Positions 31,230 to 45,939 are shown, numbered from the stretch's first letter. The stretch: 64,000 nucleotides of DNA from the human T2T-CHM13v2.0 reference genome, Homo sapiens (GCF_009914755.1 NC_060927.1), one strand, 5' to 3'. The notes: generated by a model from the letters alone, not told the origin. Program-made: numbers and translations.

Positions 31230-31960
31230 CACTCAGTTATTCAGCAGATAAACCAGAGCCTTGTGCCTTGTGTGCCAGACCCAGTTCTAGGCCCTGGAGA
31301 AACAGCAGAGAAGAATATGGACCCAGTCCCTGTCCTCATAGAACATACACTTGATCAGAAAGAGATGAATAATAAATAAACAGTTACATAAGATAATTTT
31401 GAAAAGTAAGAGCTCAAAGAAAGTAAGGTAAAAGGAAGCTGGTGCAGGTGAGCAGGCCACTGTGGGTCAGATGGCCAGGGAAGGCCCCCTTGAGGAAGGA
31501 ACATTTGAGCTGAGACTTGGGAGATGACCAGGCAACCCACACAGAGATCTAGGGAAATGGCATTCCAGATGGAAGGAACAGCAAAGGCCAAACCTACGGA
31601 AGAAAGAAATTTCAAGTATTTGAGGGATTGAAAAATAAGGGCAGTGTGGGAGACAGAGATGGTGCAAGAAGAGTTTGAGAGCAAGCACAGCAGGACCCTG
31701 CAGGGTCTTATGGGCCGTAATGGAGCACGCATTGCAGGTGTGAAGTTGGAAGTGCCTAACACAATTAAAGACCACTCTGGCTGCCATGGAGGGTGGATTG
31801 TAGGTGGGCGTGTGTAGCAGCTGTTCAGGTGTGACATGAGAGTTCACAAATTCAGGTGATGGCAGTGGGGACAAAGCAAACAGTAAGAAATACCTCTGAT
31901 AGGGAAAGGCAACAGGATTTGCTGACTGATTGACTACAGGGGGAAGACTCAGAGCGATGC
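31230..31960 (-). mobile_element. L2 3' region
   Basis: tgtgccagacccagttctaggccctggaga, acatttgagctgagactt, cattccagatggaaggaacagcaaagg, caacaggatttgctgactgattg. Confidence 0.8.
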
Positions 31961-34670
31961 CTCATTGAAGTTAATGAGATCTACTAATTAGGATAGCATT
32001 CTACCATAAACAAATTATTAAGCACTTTTCCTGCCAGTATCACTGTCCTGCCTTCAGGAATAAGGCTTAAAGATCATTAAAAAGGAGCCTGACAGGAGTC
32101 AGGGGACCTCTAATAATTTCTAACCATGGGGAAGGGAACTGCAGAAGTCAAGCTGTAATAATATGTCACATTTACAAAGCACATTGCTGTTTACAAAGTA
32201 CTTTCATATCTGTGGTCTCCTTCACACTTTTATTTTTCTTCTATTTATATGACATTTCCAAAGAATGGAGTCATTTAGTAGGCTGATGTATTCACATAAT
32301 AAAAACTGCATTCTGATGAAGAGTTTGTGACCACTCCTCTGCCTGTTATAATTTAGGAAGATTTTTTTTCTCCTAAAATCTTGCCTAATGACCAACTCAT
32401 CTTCTAACAGAAATAATTTTTAGTAATTTAAAAGACACATTTTCATTATCTTTTTGTTTCAGTGCTGCCTGGAAATTACCCTGACCAGACATAAAAATAA
32501 GATTCAATTGGATTTTTAAGAATTTCAGCATTATGAAAGCTTTGAAATGATTATGCTTTTCTCTGAATGAAAAGGAAAGTCAGATTGTTATGTGTGAATT
32601 AATTAGGGCCATAACCTCCCAGGCCTGCACACAGATCAAAGCAGGTTTCTGCCCCAAAGCAGGCTGAGGGTGGGAGCTGTTTCCAAACAAGGGCTGTGAT
32701 CTTTCCAAGTATATGGCCATGACCCTGTCTCAGCCAGAGAGAGCACTCGCCACAGGGCTCCGGAGTCTTGGACAAAGGTACTTGGTGGATGCTGCTTCTT
32801 CAGAAATGGAGCCAAGCAATATACCCAACCCATGTATTGTGAACCGTGGGGAAAGGTAGCATGGCTGCAGGGAAGTGGCGCCCATGAGAATATACCTCCT
32901 AGACATCCCTTCCCATGAGAAATCCACATAAAGGAGAATGATCGGGGATTTTGGAGTCCAACTACTTGTCTTTGAGTTCTGGGTCCATGATGAGAATTCA
33001 GCCTCCTCTATGAGAGGGAGATAATCCACTCGTTACAGGGTTAACGAGAGGCCCAACCTGTAATGCTCTTTGTAAAATAGATGTGCAAATGATTGTTGTG
33101 AACATGACTAAACTTATCAAAGGTTATCTTTATTACATTTTATTATACATGAAAAATAAGCTGAAATTTATTGATAATTGTTCTCACTGATCACTCTGCA
33201 AGTCAATTTCGTGACCATTTACTAAGGTATGGTCCTGCATGTGTATATATATATATATATATAATTCCTGTATATATATATTCAAAATGATACCATTTGA
33301 GTGTTTACTAGATTAGATAAAGTTTTTAAAAAATGTGTGTGGATGTAAACACAGTAGAAAAGCCAGATCCTGGCTATTTCATAATTATATCTGTTTCTGA
33401 CTAATCATCATCACTTTCTATTGAAAAACATTTAATACTTCACAGCACTTCAGGACAAGACTTTGCTTTCAACATGAAGGTGTTGCTGTCATTCCTTATT
33501 TTTTCCTTGCTTTGTGATTACAAGTGCTGATCACAGCTCAGATCTTTGTAAAAAAAATAAACCTGCTATCATAGGTTGCATGTAATTAGTTCTAAATGTG
33601 TGGCTTATTTACAATAGCAAACTCTACATTAGGCACCACACACACTTAAAATGCCAGATATTGCCACATTTTTATGACAGCCATTAACTGAGCCAACAGC
33701 AGCAAATATTTAATGTGACAGTTATATTAACATACATCTCTGCTGATAAAGAAGCATGTCTTGTCATTTGCATTGCATGATGCAATGCTGAGCTGTATAC
33801 TCCGACAAAATGATGTTCTTCTGCTTGATCTAGAAAGCCTTGAGGAAACATGGAGTTTCTGAATCCTCTACCATGTTCGCAAGTGAAGGAGAAACATTTT
33901 CATTCAGATACCGATTGAACAACACCTACCTATGGTAAGCACATCTCTCATTTGACACATGTCTCTGGACCTCTGACTAAATGTAATTATAGGACATCGC
34001 CTTTGGAGCACTGTAGTTTGAAGAACAGAAATACCCTTTTATTCCATGACTTGTTTCAAAAGGTGGTTCCAGGGCCAGTGTGATGGTTTGGTGGGAGTAA
34101 ACACACCTACATTTAATATTTAAGATATATTCCCCATCATCCTGGATATACTAAAGATCAGCCACATTGTTCCTTCGGCCATCCTGCTTTTAATTCTCTA
34201 AGTAGGAACTTGGTACCCAACTTAAAATGTCCAACTGCTAAAGATGTCCCTACAGTTGGATTCCAAATGTCTTTGTTTTATTCTCTGGTATTCAGGAAAA
34301 CTATTTTTCCAGAAGCATTATATTACAAAGCCATAATTATCAGGGATTATTTTCATTTAAACATATGTTGTGTAACTCTGACAATGGCATGTTAATATAG
34401 GTACCCTTTTTAGTGCCATGTCCTGATGGTTTCCAATCTATACTGAACATTTTCTGGTAGTAACTGCCAGTGTTAGATATCAAGGTGGTACACCTGAGAT
34501 GCATAAATTGACTCTACTTAGAGGTATTGATAATAACTTATGTGAAATGACCAATTTTTAAGCTGAGGAAACATGTCATGAATCAAGACTAGATGAACAG
34601 TATCTCTCTCCACATTGCATATACCATCTTCTGCTGATCCCAGCAACACTTCTTTCATATTAGTTTACAG

Positions 34671-35017
34671 TAGGAGCTGCAAACTCAGAGGCCTACAGGG
34701 ATCAGACAATAACACAGATGACTGAAGTGGGCCAGATATAAAGTAATAAGAAGTGGTGGGGACTGTGGAGAAGAAAAGTGAATGAGCAATCTAAAATGAG
34801 CAGCTCTACAGTTAAAACAGATGGCTGCCATGAAAGAGAGCAAGTCCAGAGCTGTAGATCCTCTCATTGTTTGAGAGGAAGGAAGTCCAGAGTTTTATGA
34901 GAAACAGCCCCAATTTTAAATATTGGCAACCAATTTATCTTTTTTATTTCCTGGGCTGGCTAAACAGAACCTATCTACGGGCACAGTTGGGTTCATAGGC
35001 CAACAGTTTGCAAGTGT
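34671..35017. mobile_element. MER102-like hAT-Charlie MITE
   Basis: tgcaaactcagaggcctacaggg...gtggtggggactgtgg...ttttaaatattggcaac...ggccaacagtttgcaa. Confidence 0.7.
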
Positions 35018-35268
35018 AGCACATGATATTTAAGAAACATACAACCACCTGGTGTCCGGAGGAGCCTGGATCAAGGCCTGAAAGTCCCAGCCAACTAAGC
35101 CAACTAAGCCACTGCCTTCTGCAGACTTTTGTTGCTACCTTACCTACTGCTAATAATTCCCAGTTCTGGTACTAGAAATCATTCTACGTCTAGAATTATT
35201 CTCAAGAAGTTGGAATTTAGATTCATGGATCAAAGATCTTTAACCATGTTTTGTAGAAACAGCTAACA

Positions 35269-37250
35269 AGGAAAGTCTTAGCCAGAGTAATAAGACAAAG
35301 AAAAAGAAAAGGCATCCAAATTGGAAAAGAAGAAGTGAAACTTTCGCTCTTCACCAATAATATAATCATATACCTAGAAAACTTTAAAGACTCATCCAAA
35401 AAGCTCCTAGATCTGATGAATGAATTCAGCTAAGTCTCAGAATACAAATCAATGTATACAAATCAGTAGCGCTGCTATACACCCAAATGACAAAGCTGAG
35501 AATCAAATCAAGAACTCAATCCCCTTTACAACAGTTGTAAAAATAAAATAAAATAAAATTCTTAGGATATACTTAACCAAGGAGGTGAAAGACCTCTACG
35601 AGGAAAACTACAAAACACTGCTGAAAGAAATCATAGAGGACACAAACAAATGGAAACGCAACCCATGCTCATGGATGAGTAGAATCAATATTATAAATAC
35701 TGCCAAAAGCAATCTACAGATTCAATGCAATTCCCATCAAAATACCATCATAATTCCTCACAGAACTAGAAAAAACAACCCTAAAATTCATATGGAACCA
35801 ACAAAGAGCCCAAATAGCCAAAGCAATACCAAGCAAAAAGAACAAATCTGGAGGTGTTATACTATCTGACTTCAAACTATACTACAAGGTTATAGTTACC
35901 AAAACAGAATGGTACTGGTATAAAAATAGGCATGTAGATCAATGGAACAGAATAGAGGATTCAGAAATAAAGCCAAATAGTTAGAACCAACTGATCTTTG
36001 AACAAAGCACACAAAAACACAAATTGGGGAAAGGACATACTATTCAATAAATGGTACTAAGAAAACCAGCCACATGTAGAAGAATGAAACTGGATCCCAA
36101 TCTCTCACCTTATACAAAAAGCAACTCAAGATGGATCAATGACTTAAACCTAGGACCTGAAACCATACAAATCCTGGAAGATAACATCAGAAAAAATTAT
36201 TCTGGACATTGGCTTAGGCAAAGAATTCATAGCTAAGACCCCAAAAGCAAATGTAACAAAACCAAAAATAAATAGATGGGACCTAATTAAAGTAAAAGCC
36301 GTCTGCACAGCAAAAGAAATAATCAGCAGAGGAAACAGACAGCCCACAGAATGGGAGAAAATATTTGCAAACTGTGCATCTGACAAAGGTCTAGTACCCA
36401 GAATCTACAAGGAACTCAAACAAATCAGCAAGAAAAAAACAAATAGTTCCATCAAAACATGGGCAAAGGAGATGAATAGACATTTCTCAAAAGAAGATAC
36501 CCAAACAACCAACAAACATATGAAAAAATGTGCAACATCACTAATCATCAGGGAAATGGAAATTAAAACCTCAATGAGATATCACCTTACTCCTGCAAGA
36601 ATGGCCACAATTCAAAAGTCAAAAAATGACAGATGGATGTGGTGAAAAGGGAACACTTTTACATTGCTGGTGGGAATGTAGATTAGTACAACCATTATGG
36701 AAAACAGTATGGATATTCCTTAGAGAACTAAAAGTAGAACTACCATTTTGTACAGCAATCCCACTACTGGGTATCTATCCAAGGAAAAGAAGTCATTATG
36801 TGGAAAAGACACATGGAAGAAAAAGATATGGAACCGACCTAAGTGTCCATCAACCAATGTGTGGATTTAAAATGTGGTATATATACACCATGGAATACTA
36901 CTCAGCTATAAAAAGGAATGAAAGAATGTCTTTTGCAGCAACTCAGATAGAGCTGGAGGTGTTATTCTACGTGAAGTAACTCAGGAATGGAAAACCAAAT
37001 ATCATATGTTCTCACTTACAAGTGGGAGCTAAGCTATGAGCATGCAAAGGCATAAGAATGATATAATGGACTTTGAGGACCCTGGGGGTAAGTTTGGGAG
37101 GGGGTTGAGGTATAAAAGACTACATACTGGGTACAGTGTACACTGCTCAGGTGACAGGTGCACTGAAATCTCAGAACTCACCACTAAAGAACTTATCCAT
37201 GTAACCAAAAACCACCTGTGCCTCCAAAAACTATTGAAATTTTAAGAAGA
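35269..37250 (+). mobile_element. 5'-truncated L1PB-like LINE (ORF2 3' part and 3'UTR)
   Basis: ORF2 fragments [15 protein letters not shown]..., [22 protein letters not shown]; L1PB-type 3'UTR; TSD AGAAACAG(C/G)TAACA at 35255 and 37251. Confidence 0.93.
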
Positions 37251-37319
37251 AGAAACAGGTAACATGTACTGGACACTATTCTAAATGTCTTATGGGCACT
37301 AAAAAATATGGTAGCAACA

Positions 37320-37570
37320 ATCACTGTTAATAGCCCTTACTGGCACCAAGCACTACATGCTTTGTGCATATTAATTCATTTAATCCTCAGAACAACCCAA
37401 TGAGGCAGGTTATATAATTATCATTCCCCCCTTCCTTTGTAATAAAGAAATTGAGGCACAAAGAAGTAAAGAGTCTCTCCAGGATGATGCAGTTAAATGG
37501 AGGTGAAGCCTCAATTGAAACCCAGTCAGTCTCGTTCCAGGGATCATGTTCTCACCACTGTGCCATCCTG
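37320..37570 (-). mobile_element. MIR
   Basis: ttcatttaatcctcagaacaacccaatgaggcagg...gaaattgaggcacaaagaagtaaag. Confidence 0.8.
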
Positions 37571-39434
37571 CCACTTACCAATGGGTACTTTATGACCAAA
37601 ACAAAACACCCACAGCTGAGACCCATGGAACTACAACATTCAAGTTCTAAATAATTTAAAGAGTACATAAATGCATGAAAACATCAATAAACATTAGGAA
37701 AAGCAGGATATAATTCATTGTCAACTGAAGTGAATTAGTATTGCTGGCTCTCTATGTGCAAGTGATTCACCTGTGTTAATATCTCATTTAATCTTCACCA
37801 AAATATTATACAGTATATTCTCTTCCCATTCCACACCTGAGAAAATGGAGGATCTCCAGTGGAGGTGTGTCTGATTAAGGAAGTGCAGTAAGGAAAACCA
37901 CAAAGAAGACTCCAGAGATTATTTTGACTGGAAACATACCACTCTATTTAGAATGAACAATCTTTTCTAATCATGTCGGTATTTGGCTTTGAAGCTATTA
38001 ATTCCCCTAAGAGAAAGTTTGGGTTGAAGACAAAGAAGAGAAGATGTATATTAGTATCATTGTGGTGGGGAGAGTGGGGAGATGTCCAAGATACACTTGA
38101 CCCCCACCTCTTCTGAAAGGCTGGTGTGTACAGAAGGAAGAACACAGTCCCTCTAGCACCAGGAAAAGGATAAAATTCAAAGACAGCACACCCCCAAAAA
38201 AGAAAGATGCTTTTGGATGAGTGACTTCTGCAAGTTCAAATGAAAGAATATTTCCACTTTCCCTGGTCTAAGAATATGCTCCTATCCAGCAGTTTAGACT
38301 GCTGGGACATCTTGTCTCATGCTTCCCTCCGCTATCCAAGTTCTCCTAATCCAGCTCCAACCCTACACACTTAAAATACTCATCCTTCCTGGTGTTTACA
38401 CATTTCAAATATTTGTAGTCCATTAAAAAGATATCGAGCTCATGGTAAAATAGGTGTCCACATTTGGAAAGCATAAATCTGAGGCACCGGGGATTACAGA
38501 CTCTCTTTATACATGTTTCTTAAAGATGAGAAAGGTTTCCTTTGATATTAAACAGAACTCTAACCCTAACAAGCTGTGCATTCTTTTTAGGGTATCCCTC
38601 CCAAAGAGAGTTACCAGCCCTCAAGGGACTTCTGGATTGAATGCTATGCCTTCTCATCTCTCCCATTTTAAGTTACATAAGATCGCACTACATAGCTTCT
38701 CTCTGTTGACAGACAGTGACAGGGACTTCTCACAGTCCCAAAGGGAATATGTATCTTCCCTGTCCTCTCCCATAGTCTCTCACATTTGCCTTCCACAGGA
38801 CCACATGCAAACATACTTCAATGTGTAAGCAAGGCAAACCTTGACAGAGCACAAAATCCCTAGGTTGCCTATGGGAAGTAAGGTCCTGCCATTCCCTAAC
38901 CCCCTAGCCAGGCCCCAGCATTCCCTTTGGGAACCTGGAAGGTAAATATAGGTGGCCGAGAAGCCATTTACCTTCAGAGCTCCAGCAATTAAACCTTCTA
39001 TTCCCAAGATGGGGCCCTTCCTCCAAATTAACTCAATGTGGTCCTCCCACTCATTTTTTCCCCAGTGACACTTTTTCCCAGGAAAGGAGCTGACTCATTC
39101 CTACAAAGATAGGCATGGCTGGCTGGCCTTTCTTCTTGATATATTTGCCTTAACAGAAGATAATGACCCTGATTTGAAGGAAAGATCTGGTTGTGAACTG
39201 AACGAAGAAGGTTTTGTAGAGAATCATAGGATAGATGTAGATATACTTCTTGGGAATTCATGAAATCAGTCTCAAACAAAACGAAATGGTTTTTCCTTCC
39301 ATTCCATGTAAAAATCACTTCCTCACTAAAGGGAGGGGTAGAATACCTCACTCGCTTCTCTCTTCCAAATCCTTACTCCTCAACATGCCCATCTCTGTTC
39401 CTACTCCTAGGTTGCTGAGCATTGGTCAGGGAAG

Positions 39435-39612
39435 ATATATATATATATATAATATATATTATATAATATATATATTATATATGATATGTATAATATATAT
39501 CATATATAATATATATAATATATAATTTATTATATATATAATTTAATATATATAATATATAATATATTAAATATATATATTATATATATATTATATATAT
39601 ATATATATAATA
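39435..39612. repeat. Irregular (TA)n-rich low-complexity tract of about 175 bp
   Basis: Read directly; almost exclusively A/T. Confidence 0.95.
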
Positions 39613-39853
39613 CAACCTCAAAAAGTGATGCCAAAAAGGGCAAGGCTTAACACCACTAAGCCTGCCCCACCCCCTCCACTCTGCACAGGGGCTATTGTGA
39701 ACCTCTACCTTCCTGGCTTTCAGTTGATGCACTCCCCTTCTTCTCCACAAAGAAATAGAGAAGCCCTCATACCTGGGTGCCTCCATTTCCTTCTATCCAT
39801 GCCCAAATACTCCCATTCCTACCATCACTATCACTCCACCATCTCCATCATAA

Positions 39854-40339
<486 letters not shown>

Positions 40340-40624
40340 CCTTATCCTCAATTTTTAAAACGTGCTCATCTCTGGCTCCTTCTCTTCAGCTTTACAACAT
40401 TTATTCTACAAATGCTTTGCCAAACAAGCAAACAAACTCAAATCCACTGCCTTATGGTGGACTCTGACTCTCTGTTGTTTTGTCTTTACAGTACCTCCTA
40501 GTTCATCTCTCTGCCTTTAGCCTTGGCCCCAGTGATCCAGGCTCTACACTGCTAGTGCAAGAATCTCATGAAGACAGCAAATCTGATGATGCCCAGACTC
40601 TGAGGAAAATCTTTCAGTGCCATC

Positions 40625-40915
40625 TGCATGAGTTTACTATTGCTGCTTTAACAAATTACCACAAATTTGGTGGCATAAAACAATTCAAATTTTTTATCTT
40701 ACACTTCTATAGGTTAAAAGTTTGACATGGATCTTACTGGGCTAGAATCAAAATGTTAGCAGGGCTGCGTTCCTTTTATGGAGTCTCTAGAGAAGAATCC
40801 ATCTCCTAGCGCCTTGCCCAGCTTCTACATGATGTCTGTATTCTTTGAGTCATAGCCTCTTCCTTCCCTTTAGCAAAAGCAGGTTGAGTTCTCACTCTGC
40901 CTCATTCTGACTTCT
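40625..40915 (-). mobile_element. MLT1 (MaLR) LTR 3' fragment
   Basis: gctgctttaacaaattaccacaaatttggtggcataaaacaa...aatcaaaatgttagcagggctgcgttcc. Confidence 0.8.
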
Positions 40916-40929
40916 ACATAGAAGGTTTT

Positions 40930-41345
40930 TTCTTTACTCGTTTTGTTCATAGCTATATCCCCAGCACCTAGTAGAAAGTTTTTACTACATGTTTGTTGAA
41001 TAAATGAAAAAAAATCAAAAACTTAAAAACAATGTACTAAGTGTACTTAATAAATGCAGTTGTTCCACATTCCCATCAGACCTGCAGTGTGAAGACAAAA
41101 TTAGTACATCCCTTGGCTGGTTCACACATTTTTCAAGCCTCGGTAAATGAAGAAGAATATAAGCTCTGTGGGCAGATAGGCAGATTCAAATTGGTCAGTT
41201 ACCCCTTATTAGCATGACTTCCGGCAAGTTATTTATCCCATCAGCTTTGGTTTCACCCTCAGGCCAATAATATTAATTACAGGGTTATTTCAAGAAGTGA
41301 ATACAATGATCTAGGTGAGTAGTCTAGCAATAAGTTAGTGTTAGA
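40930..41345 (+). mobile_element. L2 3' end (40930-41010) and MIR (about 41150-41345) remnants
   Basis: tatccccagcacctag...tttgttgaataaatg; gacttccggcaagttattta...cagggttatt. Confidence 0.55.
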
Positions 41346-44299
41346 AATTATTACTGAGAAAAAACAGAGAAATACACTTTTTAAGGACACAAAGTAAATG
41401 AGCTCTCAACTCCACACAACAATGGCAACCACTTGAAAACAAAGACTGGCATCTTCCTCCCTTCTCATCCTAGGAAGCTCACGTCCCATGACCTAGGGAA
41501 GCAAGCTAGGTTAATAGCAAAACTAGCCTTCCTTACCTCACCCAAGTGAGGTCTGCTAACGAAAAGATGTTAAACTCATATTTTAAAAAGTCAAGCTTCC
41601 TTTCTAAAACTATGTCTAGTTGTAACTATAAAGAACTTAAGGAACATGTTCTATCACGGACTCTGGATTTCATTGTAAAGCACTGGAGGTAACAGGGTTA
41701 TGAAAGTTATGTGTATGCATTGTTACACTACTATTACTCTCTGGAATTAGTTTCCTACCATGTAGAAAAATGGGAGTGTGAACATGAACGAATCTCCCCT
41801 TCTGTTGATTGCTTCAGCTGAACCTGGAGCTGGGCAGCCTGCTTCGCCGGCTCCATAAGTCCCATTTTGTGGTTTCAGCCTGTCAAGGAGGTCACTCACT
41901 GATGACTCAGACACACTGGCCTGAAGGTATTTATGTGATCTCCGGAGTCAGCAGAAAGCCTGCCCTCAGAACAAGGCAAATATATCCCTGCTCTTGATGG
42001 CTTCAAGCTCTGCAATGGGGGGCTGACCTGACAGCTGCTTGTCCTGAGGGAGAAATAAAGGAAACTGGTGAAACACATGCTATTTCCATGAATTCCCACT
42101 CATGTGCTGTTAGAAAATTCAGCTGAGACCCTGACAATAAAGGTTAGACTTGTAGTGTCACAATAGAAAGGAAGGGAACTTTAACTTGCCTTCAGCATAC
42201 CAAACAGGCTGCACTTCACAAGATCTGTAACTCACTGAACCATCTAAGATGCACCACAGAAAAACTATCAATGGGCATTTGTCTGAATTCATATTTATGG
42301 CATCTGTTTGACATGCGGTTTTCATTTAGATGGCAATCCAGATACTGTTTTGCATAAAGTTCTGGCTTTTTGAGCTGTCCATATCAATTGTCTTTTACCA
42401 AATATCGAATTTTCAGATGTTTACAGATGCACCAGAAAAATATTTTCAAATCATTCAAAAGAGTGGCATCCAACAAAAAAATCTGAACTGAATGCTAATG
42501 AAAATTCTTGGGTTCCATGTAGAAAAATGCTCTAAAATGGGAAAAATATTCTACCCAAATTTACTGCAAAAGTATAATTTTTCTGTCTTTGAGTTACAGT
42601 ATTGCCCTCCTCTCCTCATTCCTAATTTAGGCAAAAGGCCCATATCAAATGCATTAAATGAGAGTTTAATCATTTTTATAACTAAGTGTAGCTTTTTTAA
42701 GAAAAGCTGTAAAAAAATCCCAGTGCAATGACACAAGCATCTCTGAGTCAACTGTTATTTCAGGGATTTATGATAATTTCTCATCTTGAGGAGAAATGAA
42801 GCTAATTGAAACAAACTCTATACTTTATATTAATGCCATTTGAATACAGTGTGCATTGCCAGTTACAAAGTGACATGGAAAATGAGGCCGCTCTCAACAA
42901 CACCATCGTTTCTCAGTTTTATGTATTTTTAAATTTCCTCTATGGAAAATCTGTTCTTCATAAAAGAACTGCTAGAGAAAAATGTGGAAAAAGTTGATTC
43001 ATTCCATATTTACATTCTTTCTGGTACCTGGAAATGAACCAAATGCAAAAGTATGCCAAAAAGTAGTTGAGTCATTTAGAAAACTCATCTTCCCCCAGGC
43101 AAAAGGACAAACTGCCTTGAGAAAGCCCTGCTTTGATAATATAAAACACCTTTCAGCCTAATGAGATCTGTCCTTATAACCTTTTACCCAGGCCTCAAGG
43201 AGGCCAGCCTCAAGGAGGCCAGCCTCAAGAAATGGTTAATTTTCTTTATCACACAATCTACCCTGCAAACTCCCTACCAACCTAAGAGAGTCAGTACTAC
43301 CCAAATTCAAAAATTCCTCCTCTGATATTTGAATAGATGGGGGCACTTAACACAAATACATCCAGCAGCAAAGAAGCACCAAATTACGTACACCACAAAG
43401 TTGCCTTCAGTCCTCCCGGCCTGATCTGCTAATGCTATTTGCCATTTCACTTTGAAGAGCTGGGCAAAATAAAAGCAAGGTGTTGCTCTCACGAGGAGAG
43501 GGCAGCTGATTCATCCCTCACAGGGCTGCCAGATGCATTTCCCATTCAGCTTGTCATTAACAGCTTCATTTCATTTCATCTGTGATAAAAAACAATTTAG
43601 AAGCATGGAAATGACATTACAGTCAGGTTGTCCTGAAACATCACGGCAGTGAGAAAGCTATTACACAATTGAATCTTTCTTTATGAAAATCCATGGTTTT
43701 GCCTGAGTTCACAGAGCCATGGAAATCATGGCTTTTGACTTGTACAGGTGACAAAATTTCTCCCAGAACAAAGCAGCCCTTCATAACTCTCACATAGAGG
43801 CAAAGTGACCCCTCACCTAAACAAAGGGGGAGAAATCTGGGCCTCCAGAAGGTGGACAAGCCGTGAAAATTTGACTGCCTTTTAGGAATGCCATTCAAGA
43901 GGCCTCTCCCCTGCCTACCATTATAGGACCTCAGAAGTTGGTCTGGTGTGTTGGTGTTGGGTGAGAGTCAGGGATGGTCACCTCATTTACCACTACTTGG
44001 TAGCAAACTCCTGCTTCTTGCTCTCACCAAGCCAGTTTCCTCTTTCATGCTTTTCTTCATTCAGTTCTCTCTTCTATGTCCACCCCAGCAGCAGTATAGA
44101 GCAGAAAGACAACTGGATCTAAATTCATAAAGCCTAGGTTTCTGAATCCAACTTAAGTTACTGTGTAATCTATTAGACTAGATGGTCCTTGAAGCTTCCT
44201 CCAATTCCAAAGAATCCACAACTCCATTAATTTATTCAGTGATATATTCACTTGCATCTGCATCCTATATGTGCCAGACACACAGTACTAACTTCTTTA

Positions 44300-45270
44300 A
44301 TGTCTACTTCAGATTTTAGCTCCCTCACCTGAGAAATCTTAGTAAAATCTCTCATCCAAAGTCTAGATTGATATACACCACCACCCATTAGATTTTTTTT
44401 CATCACACTGCTATCCCACAGAATCCTCCAACTCAATGTACCAAAATTGAGCTTACCAACCCAAACCTGCTCCTCCTGTTTTCCCCTTCTTAGGGGAGAG
44501 AAAGATCTCATTCTCCAAGCCAGAAACCCAGGGATCATCCTTGACTCTTCTCTTTCCCTCACTTTCTACACTCCAACACCAAGTGTTGCTGATTCCTCTT
44601 CATGAATAGCTCCCACCTCCATTTTCTACTCTTCAGTCCTGCTTACCCGATTCAGGCTCACGATTCTCTTTCTGCATCATAGCAACAGCTACAGGGGTCT
44701 TGGGCTTCCCTCCAGGTCCATCCCAATCATTCAACACACTACATCCAGAATAACTTTTCTAATTATGTTGCTCCCTTTGCTAGTCTTCCAACGACTCCCC
44801 ACTTCTTACACGACCAAGTCCAATATTCTGAGCATAGCAAATAAGACCATCTGGACTTGCCCTCTATCTTCAGCATCACTTGCCCTCTATACCAGCTCTA
44901 TGAATAGCCAAAGTAAAAGCTTCTACGAGTTGCCCGAATGTGTCACACTTTCTTACTTCTGAGAGTTTGCATATGATGCCTTCCCCTTCCTGGAAGGTAC
45001 TTTCCCCAAGTCCTTAACTCAACTTCTCCATGTTATTCAACACTCATCATAGACACCATCTTCTCTGGAAAGCCTCTGGTGCCTTATTTGATGTGTTCCC
45101 TTAAAATTCTGGTAAGCTCCCTTGATCTCATTCATCACACTGAATAATTGCTTATTTACTTTTCATTTCTTACACCAAATTCTAAGATTCCTGAAGATAG
45201 GGAGTATGTTTTGTTCTTTTCCTAAGTCATCAGCATAGCCCCTAGCATATAGAGGTTCTCGATAAATGAG
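44300..45270 (+). mobile_element. L2
   Basis: ccaactcaatgtaccaaaattgagc, ccagaaacccagggatcatccttgactc, ctaagattcctgaagataggga. Confidence 0.75.
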
Positions 45271-45939
45271 TCTGATAATCCAAGCAAATTTCATCAAAGC
45301 CTTTTTTTTTTACTTGTGTTTTGCTCATATTATAAATTTTCAGGAAATTCCATGGCTATGATCTTCAGAATGATGTAGAGAATCTGTATACTAACGCAAA
45401 CATCTAGAACACAAAATACTAGAAGCTAACTATGAAAATATCACTTCTTTAGACAGGCGAAAAAGGATCATGTTCATATTGTAATAATCATTCACATGGA
45501 AGTTTACAAAGTACTTTCTCATATGATATCTCATATTAATATTTTCACACCCATACCCAGCAGCCCTTGCAATTTAAATGTATTACATGAAAAATATTAT
45601 AACCACAGAAGTGACTTTTTTAGAAAATTAATGGAGTCTTATGACACTGCAAATTCTTTTTTAAAAGAGGCAGAATATGAAAAATTTTAAAAGAACCCAC
45701 CATCTTAACAAATCTGCTGTTTAATTTTTCTATTTCCCTTTCCTACTTTTATCTGTTTATAAACACAATTTTTATATAGTTGAAGTCACAAAATAGATAC
45801 AATTTTTACCCTGTTCTTTTTATGTTTTCACATTCTACTTAGTAATTATCATTTTAAGTAATTATAATTATCAAGAGCTGAATAATATTCTACCACAACT
45901 TAGGGTGCCAATGACAACTCATAGGCCTTTACCTTTAAC

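Noticed and set aside
31355-31874. Overlapping 160-aa and 135-aa ORFs
   Set aside because: Both lie in a pyrimidine-rich L2 3' region that is poor in stop codons.
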